DNA of 60,119 nucleotides, counting the filler, from Sphacelaria rigidula (taxonomy: Eukaryota): NCBI GenBank assembly GCA_964200075.2. It is 6 parts of 6 records of this genome, joined end to end, with 100 filler letters (N's around TTAATTAATTAA, not from the genome) between each part and the next. Parts side by side here need not be neighbours in the genome. Positions count along the whole stretch, not along the records: positions 1 to 9,937 come from CAXNAA020007451.1; positions 10,038 to 19,974 come from CAXNAA020007452.1; 4 more parts are not named here. One strand, written 5' to 3'. The notes beneath the pieces were generated by a model. The model made no database searches and was not told where the DNA came from. It saw only the letters and a list, made by a program, of their open reading frames with translations. Made by a program: the position numbers and the translations under genes. Below are positions 1 to 13,728 of the stretch, in pieces (the stretch's first letter is position 1; each line of letters opens with the position of its first letter).

Positions 1-68
1 AATTGAACCCACGACCCAACCGTCAGAAGGTTTCGAGGTTACCAATTGAGCCACGTGGGCGACCGGCT
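1..68 (-). mobile_element. tRNA-derived SINE-like head, truncated by the scaffold start
   Basis: Minus strand reads GCCGGTCGCCCACGTGGCTCAATTGGTAACC...GTCGTGGGTTCAATT, with a Pol III A-box (TGGCTCAATTGG) and B-box (GGTTCAA). Aligns by eye with 19285-19352. Confidence 0.7.
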
Positions 69-1546
69 ACTATGATCGCATAGCTCACCACAGATAGCTC
101 TCCCGGCACCGAACCCGTGTGCACAGGGTACGGGGTACTAGTCCCTGCAACTCGTTTTCTTACTCTTGTCACTCACCTTGGCCAACTGATTGGCCTCCGC
201 ACCCTCAGTCGCAGCACCTCGATTGCCCCCGTCAGCTCGGCCTCTGACCTCTCTACCGGGCTTGTACCCCGCACGGCGAGAGTGATGGGGTGGGGCCCCG
301 TATAGGTCTTTCGGAGCGGCACCTAGTGCGAAGGCGGGATTCTCGGCGCCGTCGACTCATGGGTGAACGGGAGTGGTGAAAACACACCCGGGATCGAAAA
401 CGGGAGTCTGGAGAGCGGCAGAAATGATAGCGGGATCAACAGCGGGAGAGTCTCGAGAGTCCGTACTGCTCCGGGGCGCGAGGGTGCCGCGATCCGGAAC
501 GACGTCTATTGTCGCGTCCTCGTCGTCCACCGCGCCAATCGCTGTTTGATGGCATCCTCGTAAAAGTGTGTCTATCGTTACGAGTAGGGTAAGGGAGTAT
601 CGTACTTACCGACGGGTACTGTTTCCTGAATCCCTTGAGCTTTTTCCTTTCCTTTCCTTTTTTTTTGTTTGAGATTGGCCATTTCTTTCTGTGCTTTGCT
701 TTGTTGACTTTAACCTTTTTTTTCATGTCTTAGTCTACAATGCCGTTCTGTTCGACGTTTTCTGTCCCTTTTATCGTTGTTGCTTAACATGGGAAAGCTA
801 CAGCCGATTCGTGCGTGCGGTTGAGCGCGTGCACCCGGACCAATCAAGAAGGCAGTAGCTGCTGTGTAGTGGGCAAAGTGCATTACATACTTTATTTTGT
901 ATGTGGGCATCATGTTTTGGATCGGTGCATGGAGCCTAGGGTAGAAGGACGCCAGGTTGTGGGCAATCGAACACTAACCCAGACGGTGTGCCATTTCCAT
1001 ACTACTCCGATCAGTAGAGTTCGATGAGCAGAGCATGAGTACACTGCGCTATCGTCTGCTGCATGCAAGGCAGGCTTGCTTTGGCCTAGGACCGGTGTTA
1101 CAGCTGAATGGCAGTCCAGAAGTCCCAGCTGGTGCATGATGCTTTGTTGTATTCGCGGACAGGTTGTTGGCTATTCTAGATGTCTCAAGCTTTCTCGAAA
1201 TTCCGTTATTAGCTAAGGTGGGTGTGAACGACTGAAGATGGCAAACACGAAATATGACCTATAAGACACGAGACATGTCTAGAGTATAACGTATAATGCC
1301 TGGTCGTCTGGAATATGACATATCACGTTTATCAGCCTGTAGCAATTTGCACCAAATTGGTATCTGTAGTACTGTATGGGGTACGTTGAATACCGCCCCC
1401 TGCTTGACCCACCCACCCCTCGGGTGTCGAAGCTTCGGAACCCAAAAAGGTGATCATGCGAGAGTAGTATACTGTAGAACCTATGACATACCACACGCTA
1501 ACCCCGCATGCTGTTGCTCTCCTTCATGTAATGCAATGGACAACAG

Positions 1547-1793
1547 CTGCTACAAGTGGGAGCAGGGTGATATACCGGAGGCGCATGTGGCGTTCTTGGG
1601 TTTGGGCGGTGCTTCCGCCGGCAGGAGGTCCTCGGGTACAGACTCAAAGACCCGTCGATCACCAGCGAGTGAACGCGACAGCAAAGGGGGGAATACGCGT
1701 AGTGAGGAGGGTGATAGGTTCATCACCTACTGGAGCGAGGTGAAGACAGACCGACCAGTACGCTGGAAGTTTTTCGACGGTTCCACGTTCGAG
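1547..1793 (+). CDS. Penultimate exon of an At4g14100-like uncharacterised protein
   Basis: Acceptor CAACAG| at 1546 and donor GAG|GTGAGT at 1793/1794. Encodes CYKWEQ...RFITYWSEVKTDRPVRWKFFDGSTFE, resembling (from memory) the plant family motif CNVWEK..FIWYYEDV.TKRPV.W.FY.G. Confidence 0.7.
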
Positions 1794-2787
1794 GTGAGTG
1801 TCCTATACATATAAACATATATATATATATATTCGACCTCTTAACTAAAAACATGTGACCTATTCCCGGAACAATGAATGTTACGCTCTTGATCTTCAAT
1901 TCCGACGACCCCGAGAGTGCGCTACGACGCGATTTTACTTCACTCGGTAGCACCTTGTTGTGTCGCGAGCACCAAGCTAAAATGACTCCACTCTGAGTGC
2001 TATATACCATGAATCATCAATCTCCTCGCTCGGTAATGTTACTTATCCAAAGCAGCTCTCTTCACATGAATTCTGTGGGCCCATCCACGAACCACTTGGG
2101 AGAAACAGGTTTGCCTCCGTTCGGCTGGAATAAGCGATGGTTTACACATACTCTGTTGTCGGAACCATAACGCTACAGCTAACCCTTTAGCACGAGCCCC
2201 AACCCCACCCGAGGCAGACCGGCAAGCCCTCGGGAGTGGAAGGGAGGGAGGTGCGTCGAGCACTCCAAAGACGAAGTGTATGTGCTTTCTGTTTTAGCTC
2301 AAATCGGCGCCTCACGCGCCGACTTGACGTGGAACGCGTGTGCTACGCACACCACGCGCACCCTGAAGCAAGCGCTTGGGGCTAACTGTGAATCCTGCAC
2401 ACCTTGGACAATATATGGTCAACAGTTGCAATAGACAAGAAACGTACCGCAATAAGGTATAGACATATTGCGACAATTGTCGGCCGGCAATAGTTACAAT
2501 AGGCCTATACTTTATGCAGTACACTTCTCGTCTATCGCATCTATTGACCATATATTGTTCAGGGTGTGAAATCCTGTGAAGATCCCGAGTATGACGAGCT
2601 GTATGTAGACCAAAAGCCAAGTACAAATATACGCGTCGACTATTGTATCGTTTACTTGTATCAAACTGTGGTAACCCTCTTGACCACCGGATTTGTGCAT
2701 TCGTTGAATCGGCGCATCATTTTCAGTCTTTTTTTTTTTAGTAAAGAAAATTGTGCTGATACCGCGAATGGATACAGGAGAGCTTAA

Positions 2788-3060
2788 GCTTCTGGTCGAA
2801 AATCTATGGCTGACAGGATACTTACTTGATTTTTAGAGTGAAAATCCATTTTTGGATCTTGAGAGGGACTGACTGTTCCTGGCTTGCCCAGAATGTGTTT
2901 TTGTCCAAATCAGCGTCTGCGGCGCCAATTTGAGGTCTGGCAACGCAGTGTTTGCCTAAAGCAACCCTTGTACCCCACTTGCCCTAGATTCTCGCTCGCC
3001 TTGGGTCAGGGTTAGGGTTATTTAGTTCGAAGAAACAAACCATAGATTTTCAACCAAAGC
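2788..3060. mobile_element. MITE with ~23-bp TIRs flanked by TTAA, carrying an internal TTAGGG-type motif
   Basis: GCTTCTGGTCGAAAATCTATGG ... CCATAGATTTTCAACCAAAGC, with TTAA at 2784-2787 and 3061-3064. The internal part recurs at ~57130-57300. Confidence 0.65.
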
Positions 3061-3655
3061 TTAATGGCATCTCGAAGAATGCCTTCGGCTGTCACAGGGT
3101 AAAGCGTACCAATATGAGGGGATCCGGCCCCAAAGCGGCAATTAGCCTGTCTTTCAGGAACCAAGTTCCTCTCAGCCATGCATTCTGAAGCCGGCTAACT
3201 CGATTGCATCAGCGACAACGAAGCAAAGTAATTTCACTGCAAGGAATACCGACGACCATAATGCTTGGTCGGGATCCTCTCTACGCGCCCTCTTGTAATG
3301 CGCGCATTTGCCGAAAATTCAGTCCCCGCAGTCCTCCTCTTCAGGGTACAGCATTGTGCAGCACGGTTTATTTTCATTGTTCTCTCTTTTCGTTCAGGTT
3401 TTAGCCTGAAATTGGCAAAATAAGCCCAGAGGACGGCTAGCCTTCGAGCATGCTTATTTTCCGTGAGAATCTTCATTCGTTGGAGGGTCATGTATGCGGA
3501 GGGAGTGCATGGGCACGTGCAGTCCCTTCAGAGTGCCGCACTGATTTTTCCCCTTCCATCTCACTTCTAATCCCCCCTCTGCCTCGGGACGAGTCCGTGG
3601 TCGAAGGGGATCAACCTTTCTCTCCCCCGGTACATGCCTGAAATCCTGGTATCAA

Positions 3656-4096
3656 CACGGAATCTTGAAAATTGGGGATGGATATTTTATTGCGGATGGG
3701 AATCCCGAGAATTAAGATCTTCGTATCCACACCAAATCTTCGAAATATGGTTCCATTTCTTCATCTACTGATAGCTATTGACAAGTGCTACACGACATGA
3801 AAATTTGGGTTTCGATCACCAAAATGTTGGGGTCCTAGGTGAAGAACCAATTTTGGGGGAATTTCGGATGTCCGAACGGACGCCAAAATGATTCCTAAAT
3901 TAGTTCTTCACCTGAGACTCCAACATCTCGGTGATCAAAATCCTAGTTTTCATGGCGTGTAGCAGTGATCAATAGCTATCAGTAGGTGAAGAAATGGAAC
4001 CATATTTCGAAGATTTGGTGTGGATACGAAGATTTTAATTCTCCCGAGTTTCTCATCCCCAATAAAAGATCCATCCCCAATTTGCAAGATCCCGTG
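3656..4096. mobile_element. Foldback MITE: ~440-bp near-palindrome with CACGG...CCGTG termini
   Basis: Left and right halves are reverse complements (e.g. TTCGTATCCACACCAAATCTTCGAAATATGGTTCC / GGAACCATATTTCGAAGATTTGGTGTGGATACGAA). Diverged partial copy at ~9430-9763. Confidence 0.8.
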
Positions 4097-5874
4097 GTTT
4101 ATCGCGAATTGATTGGGTCAGCACTACTCCCGCACCGCGTCGACTGTCGTCTGAACAAGCTCAGTCAGTCGAAGTAGAACTCTTTTTGCTACTCACTTAC
4201 TCACGCTTTTGAAAACGAAAATCAGATTCTTACGAAGAAAAAGGACAAAAATATAAGATGCATCTACACTAGCGAGAACCAAACCCGCGTTGTTGTTTTT
4301 TCTTCGACCTATAATGTCGGTGTCAGTTTTACCATTAGACAACCGGGCCGCGGCGATGTTACGATGTGACTATTATATCTGTGTCGGAGGGATGGCGTGA
4401 TAGCCCCTGCCAAAAACGTTGCTGCTTCAAGGAGGCAAAATAGAAGCGCGAATCATAATTACAAAAGCCCAGCACACCTAGCAGCTAGGGACTGGCATGA
4501 CTGGGATCGTGTTCACCAATGTCGGCCGTATGAGGCGCTTCATCCAGTCTGTAACCAACTGCATGCGCTGTACGGCTATTTTCTTCGTTACAAGACTTGG
4601 GGGGATGTTGTGGGGGGGTCATCGCGGCATCAGCCGTCAACAATGAGAACAACGACGCAAAAAAGTACATACCTGCATGGTTTGGATGGTTTCCGGGTGA
4701 AATAGTTTCTTTTACACCCTGGACAGACGATTTCATTGTAAAACAAAAGTGTACTTCGTGTACAGTATGGAATGTATGTACTGCCTATCGCAATAGACGC
4801 AACAGTCGATACTGTACGCAATACTCATTTTTTTGGACAGTGTAATTTATCTATTGTCATCATCCAGGATGTGGTTTCCTTCGGCGAGTGTTTCCGTTTT
4901 GCTCACCTCGGGCACGTCTATCTCGTGGATAATGACCACAGCTGGTGAAGCACATTGCCAAGTTTTGGGTCGTCAGCGATTTTTTCACCTCTAAATTGCG
5001 TCACCTTTTCTGTCGATTCTGATTTCTGCTGCGCTCGCTGTGTGTATGTCCATGTATATGTGTGTCTGTATCACGGCACAAAGCGAATAACATGTCAGTC
5101 ACTCAGAACGCCTGTGGTGTAATCGAATCGGGGATTGCAAGCCAACCTCCAGGAAGTCGTATGCGACTTCCCCCGTGTTGTGCGTTGGCTCATTAACTAT
5201 TTTCTTGTGGGCGTTTTCTTCACGTTTATCCACGTCCTCGTTTGCTGTAATGTCCGCATGGGTGTGTGATGTGTGTGCATAATGATTGATTGATTGTCGC
5301 ACTTCAACTGACCCCCCAGGGGTCCAGCCGTAGTCTCGTGATAGACGTACCCAAGAAAAACGGAACTGAAACACGCTCTGAAGGAAAAAAAAAGAACAGA
5401 AAGAGAAGGAAAAAAAAACAGAATGACATAGCAGACCACCTCGTAACAAAAAAAAAGTAATAAAAAAGTCAACGCAAGCAAAGCACAGAAAGAAATGGCC
5501 GACCTAGAACAAGAAGGAAAAAAAAGAGAAAAGAAGAGGAAAGTCAAGAGCAAATAAAAGAAAAGACAATATAACGATGAAAAAAAGGAGAGGGCCCAAG
5601 GGATTCAGGGCAGCAGAGTAGATACAGATACACACCAGTGGGCACCGCAGAGCCACCGACTAAGGACATAATCAACAACCGATGTGAGCAGACAGGATTA
5701 TCCGATATAATATGTGCGTGCATGTACCGTTATTGTTCTGCCTAATGACCAAGTATCTCGGTGTTTTAATTCTACCCCGCCCTTTTGTTTTGCTACTCAT
5801 TTTGGCGGTGTGTTTTGTGTGTAAATTTGTGTGTGTTTTGGCCTGTGCCGTGCATGCACACTCGTCCTCAACAG

Positions 5875-5991
5875 GTGATCCGCTTCGACGAAGGGGCCAC
5901 AATGGAGGATGACATGTTTCAGGTACCGGCCTACTGCTTCTCTGGTGACGATGGCAGCGCATCATCACCCACCGAATTGCTCTACATATGA
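5875..5991 (+). CDS. Terminal exon of the At4g14100-like protein
   Basis: Acceptor CAACAG| at 5874, phase 0 matching the upstream exon. Encodes VIRFDEGATMEDDMFQVPAYCF...*, resembling the family C-terminus VMTFEVGAVLED..WQAPVYCF. Implies a ~4.1-kb intron. Confidence 0.7.
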   Translation: MIRFDEGATMEDDMFQVPAYCFSGDDGSASSPTELLYI

Positions 5992-7690
5992 GTTGTCTAC
6001 AATTGGTACAATAGCGCATAGTACTGTCGGGTTGTTTAGGTTGCAGGTATTGTAATGCTGCCGCTGAGGCTGTTTTTTTGCTGTCCAATAATTCTGAGCG
6101 AGAGAAGTTTGATCTGTTGCTTTTTTTGGTGTACGGTAAATGCCTTGCAAGAAAGTGAAGTGCACTGCGATTTCCAAGAGAAAAAGGCAGCGAACTACAA
6201 GCCGCCGCTGAAAAATTATGATGTTGTACGTAGTGTATGGAATAAAATGACGTGGGCGGTGACATGCACTACCGAATTCTGAACTTGGTCGGGACGCGTC
6301 AGAAACTTTATTTTTTTTGGCGTGGTGCGTATACGTGCTTTTTTTGTGGATGGGGCTGGTGTGTTGAGGTGTTTCGAAGCTAGCTGGTTGGTGTGCAGAA
6401 GCGTACGAGGCACTACTTGTGCTATCCCCAGAGATGCACGATGGCTTGCTTGTTTCCCAAGAAAATTACTAAAGAAAGAAAAAAATGGCTGAAAAACGCA
6501 TCACAGTGCTCGTGAGTGAGTGAGCCTTGGAGTCCTTCTCCCCACGGTGGTGTTGTGTTTGTTGTTAATACTCTTGATTCTCTCGTTCGTCGGTACGAGT
6601 CAGCAACCTCAAGAGAACAGTTCACCTCTCTCCCAGTACAAGCCTGAGAATTTGGCGTCGAGCTTTGGATCCGCACTCCTGCAGCCTGCCCACTTACGTT
6701 ATTCTTTTCCCCGCTTGAATCCTCCAAGTTTCGATGACGGAACCCAAAGTTTGTGCGTGAAAATCGAAATGTCATTTCTGTCTGGATTCGAACGTATGGA
6801 ATCCGGCCCGACCTCGTGGACACTGTCGTAGCGATTTGATCACCGGGGCGTTTAGAAGATGCGTACGTGTACTTTGTTTCAACGCACTCGCTCATCGAAG
6901 TATGCGTGTAACGCCTGTCCACTTTTTTCATTCATGGCACCCTCAGTTTTCTGATCGAACAAAATGAGCGAATGGTTGTGATCGGTCGAAGAAATGTTGG
7001 GGTGATGCTACGATAGGGAGGAGGGGGGCGGATTTTGGCCATTTATTCCACGAAATGTCACCTCAAATCATCCTTGAAAGCAGCAACGTTTGTCCGAACG
7101 CGCTTGTTGTCGATAAATAGCACTCATTCATTCCTCCGGTTTCACCCAAATACGAGCGCATCGCGAGTAGATGGGGAGTCTGACACACCGGTGGGCCCCT
7201 GTTTTTTGCGGAGTTGAACACCCCCGTCCTCACTTACTCCGTCTCGCAAGGGATGCGTGGTGAAAGGCCAAGCGGCTAAGGCAAGCAACACAGGAGTACG
7301 CCCCCGCCCCAATCCCTCTATCCAAGTATCACCCCTTGCCCATCGGCTGTGGTTATCGCCCACGATCTTTCGCGTGGTGTATCTTTTCGCCGACGATGAC
7401 GGTTGCTTCTATGTTCGCAAGGACGCATCGAGAGACAGTCTCGGATGTATCTGCACAGACGAATTCAACGATGACATTTTCACGGACCAAAATAAGAGGG
7501 GGGAAATAGTCACTTTCAGGGGCAGCTCCCTAGCAACATGAACTTGCCCCAAATTCGGTCGTCTGATTGGCGATGGAGGCAACATAGCCAATCATGACCA
7601 CAACCGCAGCAGGCTCATCTAGTCTACTCCCCAACCAGGGGATGGTGCTTGCGTGTATTTTTACGTGGATGGGTATGTTGAACATCAAGG

Positions 7691-8086
7691 AACAGACACT
7701 TTTATATAATGAGGTTCAAGATCAAAACAGTGTTTTTCTCACACTTATAGCGATAGTGCCCAATGACTGTCTTGTCGGCCTAATGCCCCTCGATCGTGTG
7801 GATACTTTATCAGCGCATTTTACCGACTGTGAGATTACAGCGCTGACCGCAACTGTCATTTCCACTGACACCACCCTCCCACTCAAAAATCAGGGGAAAT
7901 GACGGTTTCGGTCAGTTCTGTAGTCTCAGAGTCGGTAAAGTGCGCTGCTAAAGTATCTACATGATCGAGGGGCATTGGGCCGACAAAAAAGTCATTGGGC
8001 ACCTCGCTGTAACTGTGGGGAAAGCACTGTTTGGGCTTGGATCCCATTTTAGTGTACAACCTCATTTTACAGAATAATAGTCTGTT
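7691..8086. repeat. ~400-bp inverted repeat (foldback/MITE)
   Basis: Arms 7691-7869 and 7891-8086 are reverse-complementary. The same peptide (GLMPLDRVDTLSAHFTD / GPMPLDHVDTLAAHFTD) appears on both strands in the ORF track. Confidence 0.8.
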
Positions 8087-8208
8087 ACGGGACGAACGGG
8101 CAGAGCGGTCGCCAGCATACAGTGCGACTTTATAATAGACACAAGGCAATCACCGGTGGTACAGTCGAGTGCAGCAGTATCATCCACGTTGCGCCATCTG
8201 TCCTCTTA

Positions 8209-8656
8209 GGCCCTGTCCTGGCACATCAGCTTTCGGTCGAAATCGTGCGGTGGAAAACAAGAATCCCGATCTAATAGGCCGTAATTTCAACCATCTTGTT
8301 CACGATGGTTGAAGTTACGACCTATTAGATCGGGATTCTTGTTCTCCAGAGCAATGCCACGGTGGGGGTGCCCTTTTTTTGCCAAATTTTGTCTTGTTCA
8401 GGGGCTCCTAACGATTCTAGACACACAAGAATGTGGGTCAGGGTATCCCCGTTTGCATATTTATTGGGGATATCCCCAGCATATTGGAATCGTAATCCTG
8501 GCGTACTCTCGCATATTTTCCCAAGTCGTGTTTTGGATAAGATAAAGGGCTCTCCTAACATTTCTAACCTCAGAAAATATTTGTGTACCCCTACCGTATA
8601 GCATCACTCTCCACCACACAATTTTCGATCGAAAACTAATGTGCTGAGACAGGGCC
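8209..8656. mobile_element. PIF/Harbinger (Tourist-like) MITE
   Basis: TIRs GGCCCTGTC..GCACAT / ATGTGC..GACAGGGCC with TTA duplicated at 8206-8208 and 8657-8659. Internal hairpin at 8251-8348. Confidence 0.75.
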
Positions 8657-9367
8657 TTAGTGTTGGGATGGAATGAAGCGTCCTCCCGCCTTTTTGGTGT
8701 CCTCATCCAAACTTCTCACGGCGCTAGGAGCCTCGCCTACACTTACATGTGGCTAGGGTATATATATTGCCCCTGCATGCTCGGCCCGCCTCGAAATCCC
8801 ACGCATCATCGCTCGTCAAAGTAGTGCGCTCGCAATAGATGCGCCACAACCTGCTCCCACGGGTTTTTGCTTTTTCGATTGGGTACAGGCTGACTTGGTT
8901 AGGTTGAACGCCCAAAATTTCCAAAATTTATTCCCCAGGGACTTCTCACGCGGCTTTTTCTAGGTGAACCCTGAAATTTCGTACACGTGTGGCGTGGGAT
9001 ATTGCGAAGCTACTTGTGAAAGTTTACTTTTTTATTCTCGTTTTCGATGGAAATCCGGGCTCCCGTGCGTTCCGGAGATCATGCCGCCTCCGGGAACCCC
9101 GGATTTCTGGCGAAAAAACAGGAGATTAGGCAAGGGTCCGTCAAAAATATATTTCGTGACATTTAGGCCCCAAGATCGAAAATTCGAGTTTTTGAAGGGG
9201 GGGGGGGGGGGGGGGGGGGCCCCCCCGGCGTCCCCCTCTTTGGTTTTTTTTATTATGACATACAACACAAATTTTTTTTTTATANNNNNNNNNNAAAAAA
9301 AAAAAGGAAGCGCGACAACGGCGTATTAGATAGGTTGTGTGTTGGGGGTGGGAGGGGGGAGAGAGGG

Positions 9368-9406
<39 letters not shown>

Positions 9407-9937
9407 CACCCAGCCTGCTGCTCCCTAGTTGATAATTGTTAACTGCTACACGCCATACAATTTTGGATTTCGGTAACCGAAATCTTGGAATCCCAGGTGA
9501 ATAACAGCAATTTGGGGGAATTTCAGCGATCAGATCGGATCATCGAAAATTCCTCAAAATTGTTTCTTGATGTAGAACCCCAACATGTCGGTTATCAGGA
9601 CCCAAATTTGTATGGCGTGTAGTAGTTGTCAATAGCTACCAGGAGGTGGTGAAGGAGTGGAAGTATATTTTTTCAAAGATTTGGTGGTGTGGATACGAAG
9701 ATCTGATTCATCCGGGTTCTCATTCTCAGTATAAAATACATCCCCAATTCGTAAAATACCGTGTTTCAGAAGGGTTTTTTCTCGCGGGTACTATTTAATA
9801 GAATAACTCGAAAGTGCTAGTGTTGTCTCCCTCCCCCAGGGCTATAGTTGGTTTTATCGAGTGATACGAGTAAACAGCCGATTTTCGAAAATGGGGTTGA
9901 AAAAAAAAGTGAGGTTCAACTCAAAAGCCGTGCTTTC

Positions 9938-10037
9938 NNNNNNNNNNNNNNNNNNNNNNNNNNNNNNNNNNNNNNNNNNNNTTAATTAATTAANNNNNNN
10001 NNNNNNNNNNNNNNNNNNNNNNNNNNNNNNNNNNNNN
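9938..10037. other. Artificial 100-bp scaffold-joining spacer (N run, TTAATTAATTAA, N run); same at 19975-20074, 30012-30111, 40048-40147 and 50084-50183
   Basis: Identical spacer with stops in all six frames. The intervening pieces are 9937/9937/9937/9936/9936/9936 bp. Confidence 0.97.
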
Positions 10038-11974
10038 ACCATGATTATTTGTAGCCCAACGCCTGAAACGGGAACGCTAAACCATTTATTTCTACAAAAT
10101 CATATGCTCAATATGCGATAGAATCATATGTACTGATGAACTACGACGAGGAGGGCCCTTACACAGACCAGTGGAGTACAGTCGCCGGGTGTGTCATGTA
10201 GGCTGGGCGGATGATGATCGACTTCCCGGTCATGTTTATCGTTCTACAATTTTAGCGGATAAATGACACGCCCTGTGCAAGGGTATTTGTTGTTCCGTGG
10301 GTATGCCTTTTCATGAATATGCATGATTTTCATCGGACTCATAAGATATCATTTTCCAAGAGGGAATGAAAACAAACCGTCGGTCATCACCCACCACTAC
10401 CGATACAACGGACGCATCTCTTAGGACGGGTTGGTGCACTGAAAGACATGACTGGGACTCCGGTGCCATGTGGCTTCAGCAAAAGTGGGCTGACGACTTT
10501 ATGCTGTATTCTGTGTCGCCTTGACGCGGTACAGTTGACAATTGGGGAGAGTAAGTTGATCCATCTTGTTATTGTGGACACTGAAATCCGGATCTTTCAC
10601 GGGAGCTATGCTTCTAGCATGCTCTGTGGGTTTTTTCTTCCCTTCAGTTCAGAGTTTGTGCAAACTTGCCGCCAGGTGAAAAGAGATACAAAACTACGCT
10701 ATCGATGGTGGCGTGGTGATGGCACAGAGTGCAGGAGAACGAGCGCTACTCTTGCCACCATCACAAGCAATGCACAGATGGGGGTATATATCCGCACACA
10801 CGGAAGCCTCTGGGGGTTTGGTCAAAGGTTCGAATTCTACGCCTGCCAAACATTCCACACATGCGATGTATCAACCATCTGCAGTATCAAGAGTCATCCA
10901 TGGGTGTAATCTATTCTGAGGCCGTTGGACAGGGGTGGCGTTTTCGCATGTCGTGAAAACCGGCGAGGGAGGTGCTGGTTTGCGCCCGTAGCCCAAACGG
11001 TTGCCCCAATTACTCATCGCCAAGGCCATCGATTGGGATGCGATTTTTTGCATAATCTGCGCCAAGACAGCAACTAAAAACTCGGTAGACGATTTTTTTT
11101 TTCTCATCGGGATTCGAGTTTTACAACAAATCAAGTGGAAAAAACATGTTTTTTTTTTTGCGATTTTCTCTATTACCATAACTCCTCTGGTTCCACAATC
11201 TTTCCAGATTGTAGCTTGGACAAATACACGCCGTGGTTCGTAGCCTGGGACAACAAAAAATGGGAAATCGTCGAGTGGAAACCCAACTCGAATCACAAGT
11301 ATTTGGATGGATTTTACGGCGTGCTTCATCAGGGGATGAACGAGATCTCCGGTCTGTTCGTGCTTTTGGCTCATTTTGCGGGGTCAGGCGCGCCCATAAC
11401 AGTGATATGCTTTCATCGGGTTCATTCGGGAAACTGGGGAAGCTGTGGTGTGCGCAACTTTCAAGCCGGCACAGTACTTCTGAAGAAGAGGGTTAGTCTA
11501 TATGAATGCCCTCAAGCACACCTAAGGGCTGGGTTTCGGCGTGGTATCAGCTCGTGCAAGTTCCCAACAAAGACGACCATCGCTAAAACTCCACGTGTCA
11601 TGGATCCATCATTAGCACGGTCGATCCACGCCCCCAACCCACTACAGTACCAGTCAGAATTTCACACCCTAGACAAAAGACTACACAAGTCAAGAAGTGC
11701 ACTGCCTACAGTATCGGCCATTGCGCATATTCCAATCGACAAATAGTTTTCATACTGTACGCAGTACAATTGTCAGCAGTGTAATCTCTAGTAATTGTAC
11801 ACGGTGTGCGAAATTCTCGCCAAGGCGCTGGTGTCACCAATTTGTCAAAGTCTCATCGGACAAGTATCCACACGTCGAGACAGCTCATCAGCTAGATCAT
11901 TTGGCCCCCCTTCCCCCCATAATTACTCCCCACAGCGCTGGACGCCGAACAAGCGGGGTAGCACGAAGGTACCG

Positions 11975-12225
11975 AGGATCGGACAAAACAATGATCCGTC
12001 TGGAAATTACTTAGTTTTACTATAACTGATTCAACTCGTTATTATCAATCCCTGAGCTTTGTTTTCAGCGTTGCAACCCCAGGTACACGCAGCCCAGACA
12101 ATGGCGCAAAAGTTGCGTGTGTACCCCTTGAACTAGCGGTCAACTTTATTCTCCCTTTTGGGCAATCAGGCCCAAGAAATCGTGGATTTGGTGATTCGAA
12201 CCCGTGATGATTCGTCCTAACCGTG
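11975..12225. mobile_element. ~260-bp MITE family ending in CCTAACCGTG (other copies at 16330-16581, ~18690-18865, 50184-50253, 50497-50756)
   Basis: Shared sequence such as GATTTGGTGATT..G...CGTGATGATTCGTCCTAACCGTG in several copies on two scaffolds. Confidence 0.8.
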
Positions 12226-12261
12226 GAAAGTACCACTTTGACTTCTCAGACCCCGCTGTCA

Positions 12262-12552
<291 letters not shown>

Positions 12553-12879
12553 TCATATGTCAGAGCGGGATAATCACATGTCGGGGGAAAAGCGCGGAGT
12601 CACGACGCACCAATAGTTGATATTGCGGGAGAATTAAACAGCGGCTTCTCATTTCGAGACAAAAAACAAAGGAAGCATGAGGCCACCCGTAGATTTCTTG
12701 AAGGCTAGGCTGGGTGGGTTATCGGAGTCAACATACCATCGTGAAGGAAATAACATCCCCCTTTTGACACCATGTGTATCCAAGTCGGAGGTTCTCAAGA
12801 GGCCCATGACGTGTTCGAGCAACTTTTTACCTGCTGCACCCGCAAATAATCCACGATCTAGACACCGGACGACGGGGTC

Positions 12880-12962
12880 AAAGAGTGCACTGCGTACAGC
12901 ATGGAACCTGTTGTCAACTGCAACAGACGCAATGGTCGATACTGTACACAGTACACTTTTCG
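12880..12962. repeat. ~80-bp hairpin repeat family (also ~4745-4830, 11692-11772, ~54918-54945)
   Basis: Arms AGTG(C/T)ACTGCGTACAG(C/T)AT ... ATACTGTAC(A/G)CAGTACA recur in each copy. Confidence 0.6.
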
Positions 12963-12987
12963 ACAAGGAAAAAAAATCCTTTGTTCA

Positions 12988-13728
<741 letters not shown>

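Noticed and set aside
2563..2600. Possible small exon (GVKSCEDPEYDEL) within the At4g14100-like intron
   Set aside because: The flanking exons join in frame with continuous family similarity, so no intervening exon is needed.
9982..9993. TTAATTAATTAA as a biological motif or piggyBac site
   Set aside because: It sits inside N runs at every scaffold join, so it is an assembly linker.
11135..11746. 203-aa ORF antisense to the UBC4 intron region
   Set aside because: It runs through repeat fragments and has no motif or exon boundaries.
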